Source: Elusimicrobiota bacterium
Lineage (GTDB): Bacteria > Elusimicrobiota > Elusimicrobia > UBA1565
Assembly: GCA_043819795.1 (NCBI GenBank)
Contig: JBDREN010000086.1
Coordinates: forward strand, 1 to 13,145
DNA length: 13,145 nucleotides
Direction: 5' to 3'
The notes under the pieces are model-generated. The model had not been told where the DNA came from. It searched no databases and saw only the letters and a list, made by a program, of their open reading frames with translations. Below, piece after piece: positions 10,309 through 13,145 of this stretch; position 1 is the first letter of the stretch, and each line of letters starts with the position of its first letter. The position numbers and the translations under genes were made by a program.

Positions 10309-11493
10309 TCAGGAGAACGTATGGTGGGGATAGGATTCGAACCTATGTAGGGCGTAGCCCGCTGGTTTTACAGACCAGTGCATTTGACCGCTCTGCCACC
10401 CCACCTTTCTTTGTTTTTCAGCGAAATTCGGGATTTCGAAAGGTGGTCGATTTCGCTGTGTAGCACTAGTGTAGCACTTTTCCGACTCCAGGAGCTGGAT
10501 CGCGGCCAGCTTATGGCTCGGAGACAGGTGCGAGTACCGCTCCGTCATCCGGGTCGTGGAGTGCCCCAGCAACTCTGCTACGGTTTTCAAATCGGCACCC
10601 TTCATGATCAACTCGCTGGCGAAGGTGTGCCGGAGATCGTGAAACCGGAAGTCTCTGATTCCGGCCCGCTCAACGGCCGCCTCGAACTGGCTCCTGAGGC
10701 CGCCGAACCTGGAGAGCTTCCTGCCTTGCGCGTCGCAGAAGATGTGCTCTCCCTTCCGGACCATCCCGTTGAGCGTATCCTGCACGTCAGGATGAATCGG
10801 GATGTGGCGTATTCTACCAGATTTCGTCTTGCGGAGCGTAATCTGGTGGGCCACCGCGTCGATGTCCGTCCACTTGAGGTCCTGGATTTCGCCTTTCCTC
10901 ATGCCGGTCTTAAGCGCGAAGAGGACCACGCGCCGGAGCTCCGGCCCGCACACGGCGAGGAGCCGCTTCTTCTCGTCCGGGCTCAGGTAGCGGGTCCGGC
11001 CGCGGTCCTTCTCGCTGAAGAACCGGACGCGGCGCACGGGGTTGTCGAGCACGAGGCCCCATTCCATGCCCTTGTTGAAGGCGGTCTTGAGCACCGCGAG
11101 CTCGCGGTTGACGCGCGCGCCGGTGATCGGCCGTCCTTTCCTAAGGGTCTGCCTCCGGTGGGCCTTGTACTGCTCGATCCGGTGCGGGTTCAGCTCCGAG
11201 ACCAGGCAGTCCCCGAAGAAGTCAAGCATGGTCCGAATCGCGATTGCGTCGCTGTCGAAGGAGGACTTGTTGGTCCTGGCGTAGTCCTTCATGTAGGTCT
11301 CGAGGAGGTCCTTCAAAGGAAGCCGCGTCTGGCGGTCCAGGGCCTTGCCCGAGGCGTAATCGCTTCTGCGCTTGAAGTAGACTTCCTTGGCCTGCCTGCG
11401 GTCGGTGACGCCGGTCGATTCCTGGAATCGCTTACCGTTAAGCTTGAACGAGTACCACCAGAAGGGGCTGTTGGGGCGCTTATAAAGTCCCAT
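10309..11493 (-). CDS. int: Tyrosine recombinase / phage-type integrase whose C-terminal tail overlaps tRNA-Tyr
   Basis: N-terminal arm-binding-like segment (GLYKRPNSPFWWYSFKLNGKRFQESTG). Complete catalytic set: R (TGMRKGEI), K (KTKSG), HxxR (FHDLRHTFAS), H (LGHS), Y (RYSH). GGAGG RBS before ATG 11493. The first in-frame stop is TGA at 10309-10311. Confidence 0.96.
   Translation of the reverse strand: MGLYKRPNSPFWWYSFKLNGKRFQESTGVTDRRQAKEVYFKRRSDYASGKALDRQTRLPLKDLLETYMKDYARTNKSSFDSDAIAIRTMLDFFGDCLVSELNPHRIEQYKAHRRQTLRKGRPITGARVNRELAVLKTAFNKGMEWGLVLDNPVRRVRFFSEKDRGRTRYLSPDEKKRLLAVCGPELRRVVLFALKTGMRKGEIQDLKWTDIDAVAHQITLRKTKSGRIRHIPIHPDVQDTLNGMVRKGEHIFCDAQGRKLSRFGGLRSQFEAAVERAGIRDFRFHDLRHTFASELIMKGADLKTVAELLGHSTTRMTERYSHLSPSHKLAAIQLLESEKCYTSATQRNRPPFEIPNFAEKQRKVGWQSGQMHWSVKPAGYALHRFESYPHHTFS
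10322..10405 (-). tRNA. tRNA-Tyr(GTA), CCA not encoded
   Basis: GGTGGGGTGGCAGAGCGGTCAAATGCACTGGTCTGTAAAACCAGCGGGCTACGCCCTACATAGGTTCGAATCCTATCCCCACCA. Acceptor stem GGTGGGG/CCCCACC with discriminator A. Anticodon arm CTGGT-CTGTAAA-ACCAG. Long variable arm GGGC-TAC-GCCC. T arm ATAGG-TTCGAAT-CCTAT. Confidence 0.97.
10458..10478. repeat. Tandem 10-bp direct repeat, candidate integrase arm-type binding sites
   Basis: GTGTAGCACT at 10458-10467 and 10469-10478, with 11-bp periodicity, about 50 bp from the tRNA 5' end. Confidence 0.65.
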
Positions 11494-11511
11494 GGGCGGA
11501 CCTCCATTCTA

Positions 11512-11871
11512 TCATTTGCTTTGTTGCCGCCGCAGCGGCGTAATGGCCCGGCGCTTCATCCACTTGTCGATCTCCTGGACATCGAAGCGGACCAGGTTCT
11601 TTCCGCCCTCCCCGGCTTCTTCGATGCTCAGCGGGATGAAGGGTATGCTCCGGCGCTGGACCAGCTTGTAGAGCGACCACCGGGACACGCCCAGGTAGCC
11701 GGCCAGCTCCTGGATCGTGAGGTAGCGCTTGTCCGGAGAGGGCGGCGGGGGCTTCTCCCGCCCCGATACCCATTGCACGGTATCCCATTCGTCCTGGATC
11801 TCCTGCGGGACGATGAACCCGGCGAACTTGCTCTGAATCCTAGAATCGTGGTACGGGATTTCTGGCGTCAT
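11512..11871 (-). CDS. Excisionase-like helix-turn-helix protein (HTH_17/MerR-like), probable recombination directionality factor
   Basis: RYLTIQELAGYLGVSRWSLYKLVQRRSIP...VRFDVQEIDKWM. ATG 11871 is preceded by AAGGAGG and is preferred over 11892. It lies directly upstream of int. Confidence 0.88.
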   Translation of the reverse strand: MTPEIPYHDSRIQSKFAGFIVPQEIQDEWDTVQWVSGREKPPPPSPDKRYLTIQELAGYLGVSRWSLYKLVQRRSIPFIPLSIEEAGEGGKNLVRFDVQEIDKWMKRRAITPLRRQQSK

Positions 11872-13045
11872 AGGCCTCCTTCCAATCTTCAACGACCAAT
11901 CTGGTGGCGACCGTGAGAATGACCCATATGGGCATGAGCGCGAGGTTCTTCACCACGTAGTCGGTCATTACCTTGGCGCGGGCGACGGCCCGGGTCCCGT
12001 TCTTGGACTGGCCCCGGACCGACCAGTCCGTATAGCCCCATGTGGCCAGCATGATGAGGCCGCCCGCGGCCATGGCGAAGAGGGTCTCGGCCGCGCGGCT
12101 CACACCCCTGCGCCACCAAAAGCGGCGGCGGAAGAGCCCCCGCCTGCGCGGGCGGCGGTAGGGATCCCAGAGGGGCGTTCTACGAGGCTCTTGCCGGACC
12201 GGCTCGGGCGCGGTCGGCTCCACCGGAGCGGGTGGGGGGTGCTCCGGTGGAGCGGGCTCCGGCGTGGGCTCCGGAGGGGGGAGCGGCTTGGCCCTGGGCG
12301 GCCACTCCAGGGAGTCCGGGGCGATGCTGTACGCGGTCCCTTGGGCGTCCTCCAGGGTCCAGGCGTGGCCGCTTTGCAGGGCGTCCTCGAGCCCGATGAA
12401 GAAATGCCGGGGCCCATCCCCGGGACCAGAGTCCGCCTCGCGGGCCAGGGCGTTCCGGATGCCCCGGCTGCCGCAGACCCACCAGACATGCATAAGGTCG
12501 TCGCGCTCCCGGAGTTTCCGGAAGGATTCCTCGAGCTTGTCGCTGTTCTTGAGGGTGAGCTCGACCTCCAGCCCGACCTGCGCGGACACGCCGCGGAGGT
12601 TGTTGGTGAACCGGAATTCGGCGTCGCAGACCTTCGTGCCGTACCAGCCGCGCCGTTCCCAGAGGGGCTTTTCGGTCACGTACCAGCTGACCATGGGATG
12701 CTCCTCCAGGACCAGCCCGAGCCGCGCGCAGGCCAGCCGATGCTGGAAGATGTGCGGCCGGAAATCCTCCGGCTTGAAGCGGCCTGTGACCGGGAGCCGG
12801 CGCAGCCGGTCCAGGGTCCAGTAGCCCTCCGGGCTCAGGCAGAAGGCCTTGCCGGGACTGGTCCCGGTGCGGAAGTCGAGCGTCAGGCCGCGGGCCTTGA
12901 GCCGGTTGAGCACGCGGTAGGAGTGGGTCTGGTTGGTGAAGATGAGCTGCACTTCCGTGATGGTCAGGTAGTTGTACTCGGCCAGTTTGCTCATCAGCCG
13001 GAGCATCTTGTCGGTCAGTTTCTTCGGTCTCTTCTGTCTTCCCAA
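11840..13045 (-). CDS. Replication-relaxation-family-like protein (winged helix plus nuclease-like domain) with a Pro-rich linker and hydrophobic C-terminal tail
   Basis: LTDKMLRLMSKLAEYNYLTITEV...YRVLNRLKARGL...FCLSPEG; HIFQHRLACARL; CDAEF...VGLEVELTLKNSDKL; VWWVC. The likely start is TTG 13045, 5 nt after GGAGG; the GTG at 13051 lies inside the RBS. Confidence 0.75.
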   Translation of the reverse strand: MGRQKRPKKLTDKMLRLMSKLAEYNYLTITEVQLIFTNQTHSYRVLNRLKARGLTLDFRTGTSPGKAFCLSPEGYWTLDRLRRLPVTGRFKPEDFRPHIFQHRLACARLGLVLEEHPMVSWYVTEKPLWERRGWYGTKVCDAEFRFTNNLRGVSAQVGLEVELTLKNSDKLEESFRKLRERDDLMHVWWVCGSRGIRNALAREADSGPGDGPRHFFIGLEDALQSGHAWTLEDAQGTAYSIAPDSLEWPPRAKPLPPPEPTPEPAPPEHPPPAPVEPTAPEPVRQEPRRTPLWDPYRRPRRRGLFRRRFWWRRGVSRAAETLFAMAAGGLIMLATWGYTDWSVRGQSKNGTRAVARAKVMTDYVVKNLALMPIWVILTVATRLVVEDWKEAYDARNPVPRF

Positions 13046-13100
13046 TGTCACCTCCTTGTCTTATTTTCACCCCATCCATCAGCCCCGCTTCGATCCCTTG

Positions 13101-13126
13101 CTACGATACTCTCTAGAGTGTCGTAG
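13101..13126. promoter_or_regulatory. Imperfect 26-bp palindrome upstream of the rep/relax-xis-int operon (candidate operator or origin site)
   Basis: CTACGATACTCT-CT-AGAGTGTCGTAG: 12-bp arms with one mismatch. It includes TATCGT (TAnnnT) on the minus strand. Confidence 0.45.
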
Positions 13127-13145
13127 GGGGGGAGGGGGGGGGGGG

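Larger units (their letters stand above)
10252..13145 (-). mobile_element. Terminus of a tRNA-Tyr-associated integrative element (integrated plasmid, IME or satellite-like), continuing beyond the window
   Basis: Co-oriented rep/relax-xis-int module abutting a tRNA gene, with arm-like repeats and a duplicated tRNA 3' end. The exact left boundary is uncertain (10252-10405). Confidence 0.8.

Noticed and set aside
13126..13145. Terminal poly-G run as a G-quadruplex or phase-variable tract
   Set aside because: It lies at the very end of the window and resembles a two-colour-chemistry poly-G artefact. It cannot be supported without reads.

Overview
High-GC bacterial window with two parts. Left (1-~10100) looks like chromosomal cell-envelope genes: (1) a 5'-truncated, probably surface-exposed protein with a LamG-like tail, about 20 thrombospondin type-3 Ca-binding repeats and a ZU5-like domain ending in an HFS motif; (2) a convergent, translationally coupled pair encoding a VIT-vWA protein and a secreted beta-propeller; (3) a polytopic membrane protein with a spermidine-synthase-like SAM-binding domain. 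Right (~10250-13145) is the end of an integrative element on the minus strand: a replication-relaxation-family protein with a predicted membrane tail, an excisionase-like HTH protein and a tyrosine integrase. The junction is the most unusual part. The integrase ORF reads in frame through tandem arm-type repeats and a complete tRNA-Tyr(GTA) gene on the same strand. That tRNA has no encoded CCA. It is followed by a 19-bp hairpin that repeats the tRNA 3' end, ends in ACCA, and is followed by an intrinsic terminator. All family assignments are from motif recognition, not database searches.
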